Origin: Clostridiales bacterium
Lineage (GTDB): Bacteria > Bacillota > Clostridia > Oscillospirales > CAG-272
Reading direction: 5' to 3'
Assembly: GCA_012837425.1 (NCBI GenBank)
Contig: DURE01000003.1
Span: forward strand, 8,486 to 72,485
Length of the DNA: 64,000 nucleotides
Made by a program: the position numbers and the translations under genes
Notes under the pieces: model-generated
Seen by the model: only the letters and a program-made list of their open reading frames with translations
The model's database searches: none
What the model was told of the DNA's origin: nothing
Shown here: positions 54,135-62,711 of the stretch, one piece after another
Layout of the letters: every line of letters begins with the position of its first letter
Numbering within the stretch: the first letter of the stretch is position 1

Positions 54135-54210
54135 TGGTGGGAACAGCAGGGCTCGAACCTACGACCCCCTGCTTGTAAGGCAGGTGCTCTCCCAACTGAG
54201 CTATGCTCCC
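54135..54210 (-). tRNA. tRNA-Val (TAC)
   Basis: rc: GGGAGCATAGCTCAGTTGGGAGAGCACCTGCCTTACAAGCAGGGGGTCGTAGGTTCGAGCCCTGCTGTTCCCACCA. Confidence 0.93.
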
Positions 54211-54251
54211 AGACCCGATTCTACCTGCTTTCCGTGTTGGCGACGGCTATC

Positions 54252-54280
54252 ATTATATCATAGACATATTGCTTTGTCAA
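54252..54280 (-). promoter_or_regulatory. Consensus sigma-A promoter of the tRNA operon
   Basis: Minus strand TTGACA (54280-75), 17-nt spacer, TGaTATAAT (TATAAT at 54257-52). About 40 nt upstream of tRNA-Val. Confidence 0.8.
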
Positions 54281-54412
54281 CACCTTTTGATTTTTTTTTG
54301 CGCCTTGCCCGCCTGCCAAAACCGCCTCCCAAAGGCCGGTTTTATTCGATTTCCGGGCTCCAGGACAAGAGCCGCCCTCAGACCTAAAACCTAGCATACC
54401 GGCTGCCGGTAT

Positions 54413-55339
54413 TCAGAAAGGGTGCCTCTCGTACTCCTCAAATTCGGCCTTTGCGGCGTTTATCATATCATATACGCGCCTGGCGTCGGCAATGTCTATA
54501 AAGGCGTCGAGCAGGCTGTTGGTGTTTGCCACCCGGTCATAGCGCCGCCCGTACGGATATTGGGGGATGTGTGTCGGGGTGATAAACACAATAGTACCGC
54601 AGCCGGTCCCGCGGCGGCTGAGAATCAGTCTGGCTTCACTGAGCCTTTTGTAGCTTATGTCGCGGAAGCGGTTGACCCGGCCGGTGATGCAGAGCATAAC
54701 TCTCATGTTGGTCACCGCATAGTATATGTTCGGCTTGTTGATGCTCAGGACAATATACTTGCCGAAGGCCGTATAAAGCCACATTCCTATAAATAAAAGG
54801 CTAAATATTCCCATGATGCTGCTCAAATTAACTGCGAAAGCCAGCCAGAACAGCGCAAAGGCCAGCATGAAAACGTGAAAAAAGCGTTCATAGCCGCTCA
54901 TCCAGCCCCCGACATGCTCGGCAGTAGGCTGACCAGCCCAGAGCACCTTTTCATTCTCGCCAAGATAGGCGGCCAGGGGACTGTTCCAAATATCAGAGCG
55001 CCCCTCCGGCTCGCCGCCGAAGACCCGGCTCCTGTCCCCCGGGCTTTTTGCCCCTTCGCCTATACCGCTGAGGTTGTCCCCGGGCGCTGAAACGGAATTG
55101 TCTGCTTTGGCCCCGGCCTTTTTTGTGGTTTTGTTCTCGACTGTGCCGTGCAGTTCCTCTACCGAGACATCAAACATTTTTGCAAGTAGCTCAAGCTCGG
55201 CCGGTTCCGGGTGCTCTCTTCCGGTCTCCCAGCCCACAACGGTTGCCGGTTTGACCTCAAGCATCCTGGCGACCCGCTCAACAGACATCCCGCGCCCTTC
55301 TCTCTGCCGTCTTAAGTTTTCTCCGATAATACTTTTCAT
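54413..55339 (-). CDS. Membrane protein: N-terminal XRE-type HTH, two TM helices, C-terminal PH-like (bPH/YdbT-like) domain
   Basis: 308 aa. IGENLRRQREGRGMSVERVARMLEVKPATVVGWETG. Later FHVFMLAFALFWLAFAV...FSLLFIGMWLYTAF, then YYAVTNMRVML...LILSRRGTGCGTIVF. Confidence 0.7.
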   Translation of the reverse strand: MKSIIGENLRRQREGRGMSVERVARMLEVKPATVVGWETGREHPEPAELELLAKMFDVSVEELHGTVENKTTKKAGAKADNSVSAPGDNLSGIGEGAKSPGDRSRVFGGEPEGRSDIWNSPLAAYLGENEKVLWAGQPTAEHVGGWMSGYERFFHVFMLAFALFWLAFAVNLSSIMGIFSLLFIGMWLYTAFGKYIVLSINKPNIYYAVTNMRVMLCITGRVNRFRDISYKRLSEARLILSRRGTGCGTIVFITPTHIPQYPYGRRYDRVANTNSLLDAFIDIADARRVYDMINAAKAEFEEYERHPF

Positions 55340-55470
55340 TTGCGCTCCACGCCGCCGGGCGGCAAAAATCAGGAAATACTCAGCCCCGGAAAATCCCGAG
55401 CCGACAATAAAAACATAAAAAACCTACCAATCGCATTATTGCCGCCCCCCGGCGGTTTTATCCCCTCGGG

Positions 55471-55764
55471 CTATCTTCGTTTTTCAAGCTTTGAGAGCAC
55501 GTTTATATAGCCGTCGTTGCCGTATTTGAGACAGCGGTTGACCCGGCTTATGGTGGCGGTGCTGAGCCCGGTCTGCTGGGCAATTTCGGAATAAATATAG
55601 TTCTCGCTGAGCATTTTTGCCGCCTGCATCCGTCGGGACATCTCCTGCAGCTCGGATACCGTGCAAAGGTCCTCAAAGAAGTTATAGCAATCCTCCAGGG
55701 TTTCAAGCGTAAGTATAGCTCTGAACAGAAAATCGAGCTTTTCGTCTCTGATTTTACTTTTCAT
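55471..55764 (-). CDS. yerC: YerC/YecD-family TrpR-like DNA-binding protein
   Basis: ORF 55471..55815. ATG 55764 follows GAGGAGGGG. LDFLFRAILTLETLEDCYNFFEDLCTVSELQEMSRRMQAAKML...TGLSTATISRVNRCLKYG. Confidence 0.85.
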   Translation of the reverse strand: MKSKIRDEKLDFLFRAILTLETLEDCYNFFEDLCTVSELQEMSRRMQAAKMLSENYIYSEIAQQTGLSTATISRVNRCLKYGNDGYINVLSKLEKRR

Positions 55765-55930
55765 CTCGCCCCTCCTCATATTGCCCGGCGAAATGCCGCC
55801 GGGCATCTTTGACATGCCGGGCCCCGGACAGGCGGATTTGCCGCCGGTTTTGAAGCCTTCATGTCCTGCCTTATTTTAATACTTTTCGCATGCAAAGTAA
55901 AGTGTTTTTTGTGATTTTCAGCTAAATCCG

Positions 55931-57358
55931 TCAAGACGGCCGGCCTCTTTCGGACGGGTCGATGTCGAGCATGGAGAAAAGCTTGTCAATATCCCCGGCC
56001 CCCATGATAACAACCTTGTCCCCGGGCAACAGATGACTGTTTAGGAACGCTGCGGTTTTCTCCATGCTGTCCATATATTCGGCTTTATCTCCGATGGCGG
56101 CGGCAAGCTTTTTTGAGCTCACTCCATAGTCCTCGGTTCCCCGCGCGGCATAAATATCGGTGATAAGGACGCGGTCGGCAAACCCGAAGGCATCGGCAAA
56201 CTCGTCGAACAGCGCGGCCGTGCGGCTGTAGGTGTGGGGCTGGAACACACAGATTACCTCACCCTCGGTGCCCATATGCGACAGGCTCTCAAGCGAGGCG
56301 CGTATCTCGGTCGGGTGGTGCGCGTAATCGCTGAATATTACCGCCCCCCTCATGGCGCCGATGCGCTCCAGCCGCCGTTTTGCGCCGGTGAAGGCCAGAA
56401 GCCCCGCGGCGATTTTTTCTGCAGGTATGCCGCAGAGGTCGGCCACCGCCGCGGCAGCCAGCGCGTTGTAAACATTGTGCAGACCGAGCACCGACAGAGA
56501 GGCGTGGCAAAAAAACACGTCGCGCTTCATTATGTCAAAGCTGCAGTATCCGTTTTCCCTGACAATATTGGTTGCCCTGAAGGTTGCCTCGGGACTTCGG
56601 ATTCCGAAGGTTATTGTCTGCATTCCGGCGCGGACTACTACCTCGCGTACATTTTCGTCGTCGGCATTGGCGACAAGCAGTCCGTCGGGCGCGGCAATCC
56701 GGGCAAACGCTACAAAAGAGTCCTTTATCTGCTCGATTCCCGAAAAATAGTCGAGGTGTTCGGGCTCGATGTTGAGCACCACCGCAATACTGGGATTGAA
56801 GTCCAGGAAGGAATCCATATACTCGCAGGCCTCAAAAATAAAATTTCCGGGCCCGCCTATCCGGTAGGCTCCGTTCATTGAGGCGGCCTCGGCGCCCGAC
56901 ATCACGGTGGGGTCGGCGCCACCCTCTATGAAAACCTGTGCACACATGGTGGTGCAGGTGCTCTTTCCGTGCATGCCCGAAATCCCGATGCGGTTTTTGT
57001 ACCTGGTCATAAGATACCCGAGGTAATCGGCCCGCGATATGAGCGGCAGCCCCGCGGCTGCGGCGGCTGCGTATTCCGGATTTTCGGGAGGTATGGCAAC
57101 CGTGTAGACTATTACATCGTAGCCGGCTATGTTTTCGGCGTCATGCCGGTATTTTATTTCAATGCCCTCGCTCTCAAGCCGGCGGGTCAGCTCGCTCTCG
57201 GTCCGGTCAGAGCCGCCTGTGCGGTAGCCGGCAATGTGAGTCAGGTGTGCCAGCGAGGACATATTGATACCACCAACGCCGATGAAAAAGACAGACTTTG
57301 CCTCTTTCATCCAAACGCTGATGCGCCGGGGTCCGAAGTGCGTGTTTTCGGTCAACAT
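55931..57358 (-). CDS. murC: UDP-N-acetylmuramate--L-alanine ligase
   Basis: 475 aa. FIGVGGINMSSLA, GISGMHGKSTCTTM, ...DYAHHPTEI... Start is either 57358 or 57310. Confidence 0.93.
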   Translation of the reverse strand: MLTENTHFGPRRISVWMKEAKSVFFIGVGGINMSSLAHLTHIAGYRTGGSDRTESELTRRLESEGIEIKYRHDAENIAGYDVIVYTVAIPPENPEYAAAAAAGLPLISRADYLGYLMTRYKNRIGISGMHGKSTCTTMCAQVFIEGGADPTVMSGAEAASMNGAYRIGGPGNFIFEACEYMDSFLDFNPSIAVVLNIEPEHLDYFSGIEQIKDSFVAFARIAAPDGLLVANADDENVREVVVRAGMQTITFGIRSPEATFRATNIVRENGYCSFDIMKRDVFFCHASLSVLGLHNVYNALAAAAVADLCGIPAEKIAAGLLAFTGAKRRLERIGAMRGAVIFSDYAHHPTEIRASLESLSHMGTEGEVICVFQPHTYSRTAALFDEFADAFGFADRVLITDIYAARGTEDYGVSSKKLAAAIGDKAEYMDSMEKTAAFLNSHLLPGDKVVIMGAGDIDKLFSMLDIDPSERGRPS

Positions 57359-57677
57359 ATGGGATTCTGGTTCCTTTCAGTTCGGTATTATCGGCTTGAA
57401 GATAGGTCTGCTGCAAGATTGTTCGGGCTTTTTTCAGTATATGAGCCAGGTTTAGCTCAGGTGTTGGCAGGTTTCGGCCGATGCTGCGTCAGCCCGGAGC
57501 CGTCGGTTTTTCAGTTTTCACAGAAAAGTTTACTTTTCTTTGAATAACCGTCACAATGATATTCTATACTAATACTTGTAGATTGGTTATTCATGCAATC
57601 TCTGACACCGCCCCGCCGGGACCAACCATCTCACGGGCAAAGCAAATTCGCAAACCGCGAAATGACAGGAGGTAAGT

Positions 57678-58010
57678 ATGCAGATTACGGATATTAAGGT
57701 CAGAAAGCTGTTCAGCGACGGACCCATGAAGGCTATTGTGTCGGTGACTTTTGACGGTCAGCTTGCTGTCCATGACATCAAGGTTATTAATGCGCGCGAA
57801 AAGTATTTTATCGTCATGCCCAGCCGCAAAAACCCCGATGACACTTACCGGGACATTGTACATCCCATCAACGCCCAGTTCCGTGCGGTGCTTGAATCGG
57901 CCGTAATTGAGGCATATCAGGCTGAGCTGAAAAATGCCGAGGCCAAAGCAGAAGCCGAAGCCACAGCAGACACAACCGACGCGCTTCCCGACACCACGCC
58001 GGTTGTGTGA
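57678..58010 (+). CDS. spoVG: Septation protein SpoVG
   Basis: 110 aa. MQITDIKVRKL...MKAIVSVTFDGQLAVHDIKVI...FIVMPSRK...DIVHPIN. RBS AGGAGG. Confidence 0.95.
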   Translation: MQITDIKVRKLFSDGPMKAIVSVTFDGQLAVHDIKVINAREKYFIVMPSRKNPDDTYRDIVHPINAQFRAVLESAVIEAYQAELKNAEAKAEAEATADTTDALPDTTPVV

Positions 58011-58023
58011 TGACATATGGCAG

Positions 58024-58052
58024 AGCACTCCCCGGGGAGTGCTTTGTTTTTT
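58024..58052 (+). terminator. Rho-independent terminator after spoVG
   Basis: AGCACTCCCC GGGGAGTGCT followed by TTGTTTTTT. Confidence 0.85.
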
Positions 58053-58104
58053 GCGGGGCTCCGTCCCACACCCCGCTTTAGAATTTAAAAAAAAAGTTCC
58101 TTAA
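58053..58104 (-). repeat. Dispersed intergenic composite repeat, copy D (reverse orientation)
   Basis: rc reads AAGGAACTTTTTTTTTAAATTCTAAAGCGGGGTGTGGGACGGAGCCCCGC. Confidence 0.65.
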
Positions 58105-58170
58105 TTTATAACCTTAATATGCTGTCGGGGGTGTTTTGTCGGGGTTTGGGTACTCGGTGGGGTGCTTCTC

Positions 58171-58677
58171 TCAAAATTCGCCCCAGCTCAAAAGGATTTC
58201 GCCTCGCCTTATCTCTATTATTCCGAACGAGGCGTCGCTGTATCCCCCGGCGCTGCCGGGATTGAAAAGCCGAAGCGGCTTTTTTGTCACCACATCCCCG
58301 AGCCGGGCTCCGGCAGGTATAAACTCCTCATATTTTTTGTGTGTATGCCCGAAGAGCAAAATGTCGGCGCCCGCCTTTGCCGCGTGCCGGACGGCCGGCC
58401 CGGTTCCGGACTTGACCCGGTATACATGCCCGTGCATCATCATTATACCCGCGCCGCCAAGACTCACAAATCTTTCCTCGGGCGCGTCAAAAAAGCTGAA
58501 GACGTCGCAGTTGCCCCGCACAGAAAGCACCGGCACATCCGCGGTGTCGCAGCGCGAAAGGTCGGCAAGCCCGTCTCCGAGAAAGAGCAGTATATCGGGC
58601 GGCGGTGTCCGGCGGCAGAGTGCCGCCCTTATTCTGTCCGGGCGGCCGTGTGTGTCGGATAAAACAAGAATTCTCAT
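58171..58677 (-). CDS. YfcE/MJ0936-family metallophosphoesterase
   Basis: 168 aa. MRILVLSDTHG, FLGDG, VRGNCD, MMHGH, LFGHTH. Confidence 0.85.
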   Translation of the reverse strand: MRILVLSDTHGRPDRIRAALCRRTPPPDILLFLGDGLADLSRCDTADVPVLSVRGNCDVFSFFDAPEERFVSLGGAGIMMMHGHVYRVKSGTGPAVRHAAKAGADILLFGHTHKKYEEFIPAGARLGDVVTKKPLRLFNPGSAGGYSDASFGIIEIRRGEILLSWGEF

Positions 58678-59615
58678 GGCAGATATGGCAGCGGCTCAAT
58701 TGCCTCACAGCCGGCAGGCAGGCAGAAGCGCAGCGCGCCCGGCTTTATACGAACCGACAATCTGTCGCTCTCAACCAGCTCGCCGTCAACACTTATACTC
58801 CGGGGCTCGCCGAAGTCGATATCAAGGCTGTGGCATTTTACATATTCGGCAATTTTATCGATGCCCCGCCTTTGCAGGTAGGTTCCGTCCTTATATGAAC
58901 CGAGCAGCGAGAGAAAGGTCAGCCTTGAGACGTTTTTTATAAAGCAGACATCGAGCTCCCCGTCGGCAACCCCGGCATGCGGTCCCGAGTGAAATCCCCC
59001 GCCGCAATAGGCACTGTTGCCTATGCAGACAAGCAGGAGGTCTTTCTCCTGAATTTCGCCGCCGTCGATGGCAACCCTCATCTTCACGCCGGGTTTGCTT
59101 ATAAGCTGAACAAGTGCGCCGATAAAATACGCCGCCTTGACCGGCACTACGGGATAGCGCTTGATGCGCAGCACTGTCTTCACCACCTCGGCGTCAAAGC
59201 CCGAGTTCAGCGTGGTGGTGGCGTATCTTTGGTTGTATTCTATTAGGTCAAGCCCGGCAACCCTGCCGCCTATCTGGGCGCCCATATCAAAAAAGCGCTC
59301 GCGGCAGGTGAAATTGCGGACAAAGTCGTTGCCGGTTCCGGTCGGTATGACCCCAACCGCGGCATTCGGGTAGCCGGCCGCCCCGTTTGCCGCCTCATTG
59401 AGCGTCCCGTCCCCGCCGCAAGCATAAAAGCGGAGCTCGCCGGAATTTTTGTGGCAGGTGCGCCTGATGTAGTCCTCGGCATCCCCTGCTCCTTTTGTAT
59501 AATAAACCTCGTAGTCAACCCCCTGCCCCTCGCAGAAAGTCCGGATTTCACCGTCAAGGCGGCGGTAGAGTTTTCCCTTGCCGGCGGCGGGATTTATTAA
59601 AAAATAATGCTTCAT
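58674..59615 (-). CDS. dagK: Diacylglycerol/lipid kinase (YegS/DagK family)
   Basis: 313 aa. YFLINPAAGKGK, ACGGDGTLNEAANG, IPTGTGNDF. Confidence 0.85.
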   Translation of the reverse strand: MKHYFLINPAAGKGKLYRRLDGEIRTFCEGQGVDYEVYYTKGAGDAEDYIRRTCHKNSGELRFYACGGDGTLNEAANGAAGYPNAAVGVIPTGTGNDFVRNFTCRERFFDMGAQIGGRVAGLDLIEYNQRYATTTLNSGFDAEVVKTVLRIKRYPVVPVKAAYFIGALVQLISKPGVKMRVAIDGGEIQEKDLLLVCIGNSAYCGGGFHSGPHAGVADGELDVCFIKNVSRLTFLSLLGSYKDGTYLQRRGIDKIAEYVKCHSLDIDFGEPRSISVDGELVESDRLSVRIKPGALRFCLPAGCEAIEPLPYLP

Positions 59616-59931
59616 GTCGCCACCCCTGCCGTAGTGCGGCAGCCTTTCTCGTCAGGATTCCCGCCGGTCTTTGGCCCCGGAGCGCTCCGGTTGCCGGTCT
59701 CGGCACCACCTGGGCGGACCGAAAACTTCGGTCCGCCCTATTTTATCATAATTTTCGGGAGTTGTCCATATATGCGGCGGTTTTTAGATAGAAGCAGGTT
59801 TTTGCGTTGGCTTTTGTCACCTCCCGTAATTTTCTCATATACTGTGGATGACAGACAGAATATCCGGCTCGCTCGGGGCTGCGGTGCGGTTTGTCAAGGT
59901 CCAGAAAATCGCAAAATATGGAGGTATATAT

Positions 59932-60159
59932 ATGCAGTTTGACAAAGATGCGGTTGAGCGTCTGCTCGGGATGAACGACACTCAGCTCAGATTCCTGATA
60001 AAAAAGCTGGCCACCGAGGCCGGGCTTGACCTTTCGTCTTTTAATATAAGCTCAAATGACATTTCGTCGCTCAGAAATGCGCTTGCAAATGCAACCGACG
60101 AGGATATAGCTAAGGCGGCCGAGCAGCTCTCCCGGCTGAAGAAAAGAAAAGAGGACTGA
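59932..60159 (+). CDS. Hypothetical small helical protein (75 aa)
   Basis: Internal ATG of ORF 59848..60159, preceded by ATGGAGGT. MQFDKDAVERLLGMNDTQLRFLIKKLATEAGLD... Confidence 0.55.
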   Translation: MQFDKDAVERLLGMNDTQLRFLIKKLATEAGLDLSSFNISSNDISSLRNALANATDEDIAKAAEQLSRLKKRKED

Positions 60160-60160
60160 T

Positions 60161-60661
60161 ATGGACGAGGCAACAAATGCAGAAAGAGATGAGAAGGGGG
60201 CAGAGAGCAGCCCGGTTGGAGGGCTCCTGGATACTTTTCTCAAAAACCCCGAGCTTATCTCAAAAATCTCGGGGCTGCTCTCGGGGCTAAGCAGCCCGGA
60301 GGACGCGTCGGAGCAGGACGCTCCGGCTGCGGAGGTCGAAGATACCGGGCAAGACCCGCTTTCGGCTCAAAAGACAGATGAGTTGTCGAAAAAACTCTCG
60401 TCTCTCCTTGAGAACAAAGAGCTTATGTCAATGCTACCGGGCATACTGTCGGCACTGAAGCCCCCGGGCTCCCCGGATTCGCTCCCCGCAGGAATAGGCG
60501 GCCATCACCGACACCACAGCCCTCATAAAAAGGCGGGAGAAGACAAAAAGATTGCGCTGATGTGCGCGCTGAAGCCCTATATGAGCGGGCGCCGTCGCGA
60601 GATGATTGACTATTTGATAAGGATAAACAAACTCGGCGACATTTTTCACACCCTGACATAA
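60161..60661 (+). CDS. Hypothetical acidic protein (166 aa)
   Basis: Starts 1 nt after the previous stop. Low-complexity acidic middle. C-terminal KIALMCALKPYMSGRRREMIDYLIRINKLGDIF helix pair. Confidence 0.55.
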   Translation: MDEATNAERDEKGAESSPVGGLLDTFLKNPELISKISGLLSGLSSPEDASEQDAPAAEVEDTGQDPLSAQKTDELSKKLSSLLENKELMSMLPGILSALKPPGSPDSLPAGIGGHHRHHSPHKKAGEDKKIALMCALKPYMSGRRREMIDYLIRINKLGDIFHTLT

Positions 60662-60728
60662 CCCGGCTAGTGCGGGTACAGGGCAGGGAGTCTGAGCACG
60701 GTTTTAGCGAAAGGAGACAATCGGATAA

Positions 60729-61283
60729 ATGTATACAAGAGACCAGGGGCCGAGGGACGGCCCGGATATCAGACCGCCCGACAATTACAGCGGCACTGCT
60801 TTCCGCAGCGGCATAAGACATCCGCCCGAAACAATTACCCTGCCGCCCGGCCTTCTGTCCGACGAGGGCGGGAAGTACGAAAGAGATACCGTAGCCAGAC
60901 AGCCGCGCAGCTACATAAAAAAGGTGTCCCCCGATAGCGGCCCACCCTCAAAGCCCGAAGGCGACAGGAAACACTCTTTCCCCGGCGCGGCCCCGCCGAA
61001 AGAGCCGGAACAGGGCAGGGATGCTGAGACCGGGCACAAGGCCTCTCACAGCGAGGGCGAGCCGCACAAGGAAGACCTTGAGGCAGAAGCCTGTGCGAGA
61101 CCGCACTCCAAAAACCCGCTCAAGGGGCTTTTTTCCTCAATTATGCCCCCGGGCTTCAGCAGGCGCGGAGAGGGGGAGTTCGGCTTTGAGGAATTATTGA
61201 TTATCGGCCTTATTCTGCTACTCTCCCAGAGCGATGCCGACAACGATATTCTCCTGCTTCTCGCGCTTCTTTTGTTTTGCTAA
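60729..61283 (+). CDS. Hypothetical protein with C-terminal hydrophobic LLxLLL tail (184 aa)
   Basis: P/G/E/K-rich body. C-terminus FEELLIIGLILLLSQSDADNDILLLLALLLFC. Confidence 0.5.
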   Translation: MYTRDQGPRDGPDIRPPDNYSGTAFRSGIRHPPETITLPPGLLSDEGGKYERDTVARQPRSYIKKVSPDSGPPSKPEGDRKHSFPGAAPPKEPEQGRDAETGHKASHSEGEPHKEDLEAEACARPHSKNPLKGLFSSIMPPGFSRRGEGEFGFEELLIIGLILLLSQSDADNDILLLLALLLFC

Positions 61284-61360
61284 CAGATATACGGCCGGGT
61301 TGACAAACCCCGCCCCGGATGATATACTTTACACAACAAATCACAGGGCGGGGGTCGGCG

Positions 61361-61831
61361 ATGAAAAACAGGATAACAAGAATAGTTCTTGAGCTGTCGC
61401 GGCATCACATAAGCGCGTTTTTGCTGATAACGCTTGTCAATATAGTGCTTATCTCGCAAAGGGCCGGCACATCTCTGTATTTCTCGGCTTTCCTGCCCCG
61501 GCTGGTCAGCTCCTACGCATATTTCAGCGCCGAAAATCTCGCATACCCGGCGGTGATACCGGCCGGTATTGCGGCAGCCCTGCTCAATCTTTCGCTCTAT
61601 GCGCTCTGCATTGCCTTTTCATATAAGGCCGCCGGCTGGCTGCTCTGCGGGGCCGGCCTTGTTGCTGTAGACACCGCGGTTATTGTATGGTGGTCGGTCC
61701 TGCTTCGGGATTTCGGATATACCCCCGAGATTGTCATCAACGTCTGGGTAATTATTGCCCTTGTCGCCGGATATGTTGTGGCTAAAGTGAATAAAACGCA
61801 CCCAAGTGAACACCCGGAAGAAACTTCTTGA
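61361..61831 (+). CDS. Hypothetical polytopic membrane protein
   Basis: ORF 61319..61831. Probable start MKNRITRIV at 61361. Four or five hydrophobic helices. Confidence 0.55.
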   Translation: MKNRITRIVLELSRHHISAFLLITLVNIVLISQRAGTSLYFSAFLPRLVSSYAYFSAENLAYPAVIPAGIAAALLNLSLYALCIAFSYKAAGWLLCGAGLVAVDTAVIVWWSVLLRDFGYTPEIVINVWVIIALVAGYVVAKVNKTHPSEHPEETS

Positions 61832-62030
61832 AAGAAGCTTCTCCCAAACTCTCTTCAGGAACTTTTCAGACAAATTATATTTTGCAAATTGAAGAGCTGG
61901 CCCCGCGTCCCGCGCCCTGCTTCCATCAGCCACCGGCTGACACGGGAAATGACACATGGGGCGCGCCGTGCGGCATAAGTCTCAAATTCGCGGCCGGCGA
62001 GGTCGCCGCTGCAGATAAGCGAATCAAAGT

Positions 62031-62071
62031 CAGAGGGAACGGCTATAGCCGTTCCCTCTGACGAATTTTTT
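62031..62071. terminator. Strong hairpin between convergent units
   Basis: CAGAGGGAACGGC tata GCCGTTCCCTCTG followed by ACGAATTTTTT on the plus strand. Confidence 0.7.
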
Positions 62072-62078
62072 ATAATCC

Positions 62079-62636
62079 TTACTGTATCGGCTCGCCCCCG
62101 GGCGTGAATAGCGGCAGCTTTTCAAGATAAATCAGATTCTCCCGCGCCTGTGCGTCGCCCTCGGAGAGTATTGCCATTCTGCCGCACACAATGCCGCCGG
62201 CCTTAGTCACCAGCACCTCGAGTGCCCGCATCGACTCTCCGGTCGAGACCACATCGTCGACCAGCAGGATTTTTTTGCCCCGCATCAGCTCGGCGTCGGC
62301 CGTGTCAAGGTAGAGCGTCTGCTCGCGTGCGGTTGTTATCGAGCGGACTGTAACCTCGAACACCCCGGTCATATAGAGCTTGGAGGCTTTTCTTGCCAGA
62401 AAATATTTTTGGTTCCCGGCAAGGCGCGCCATCTCATGGACCAGCGGTATGCCCTTTGCCTCAGCCGAAATCAGATAGTCGTATTCGGGGGCGCGGGCAA
62501 GCAGCTCGCGCGCGCAGGCAGTCGTCAGCTCGGGGTCGCCGAAGATGACAAAGGCGGCGATTGACAACTTGTCACTCAGCCGACAGATGGGGAGCGAGCG
62601 GCAGAGCCCGGCGATTTTCATGGTATAGCTTTTCAT
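62079..62636 (-). CDS. Phosphoribosyltransferase-family protein (purine PRTase-like)
   Basis: 185 aa. PRPP-binding motif KILLVDDVVSTGESM. Confidence 0.75.
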   Translation of the reverse strand: MKSYTMKIAGLCRSLPICRLSDKLSIAAFVIFGDPELTTACARELLARAPEYDYLISAEAKGIPLVHEMARLAGNQKYFLARKASKLYMTGVFEVTVRSITTAREQTLYLDTADAELMRGKKILLVDDVVSTGESMRALEVLVTKAGGIVCGRMAILSEGDAQARENLIYLEKLPLFTPGGEPIQ

Positions 62637-62711
62637 CTATGTAACCTCCGATATCGAGTATTCAAAGCAAACTCCGGCCATAGCCACGGCAAAAGGCCGG
62701 GTCAGCCCGGT

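Noticed and set aside
58136-58942. 268-aa plus-strand ORF (and 58162..58662)
   Set aside because: They are antisense to the YfcE-like phosphoesterase and the dagK 3' end. They are Pro/Arg/Ser-rich shadow ORFs.
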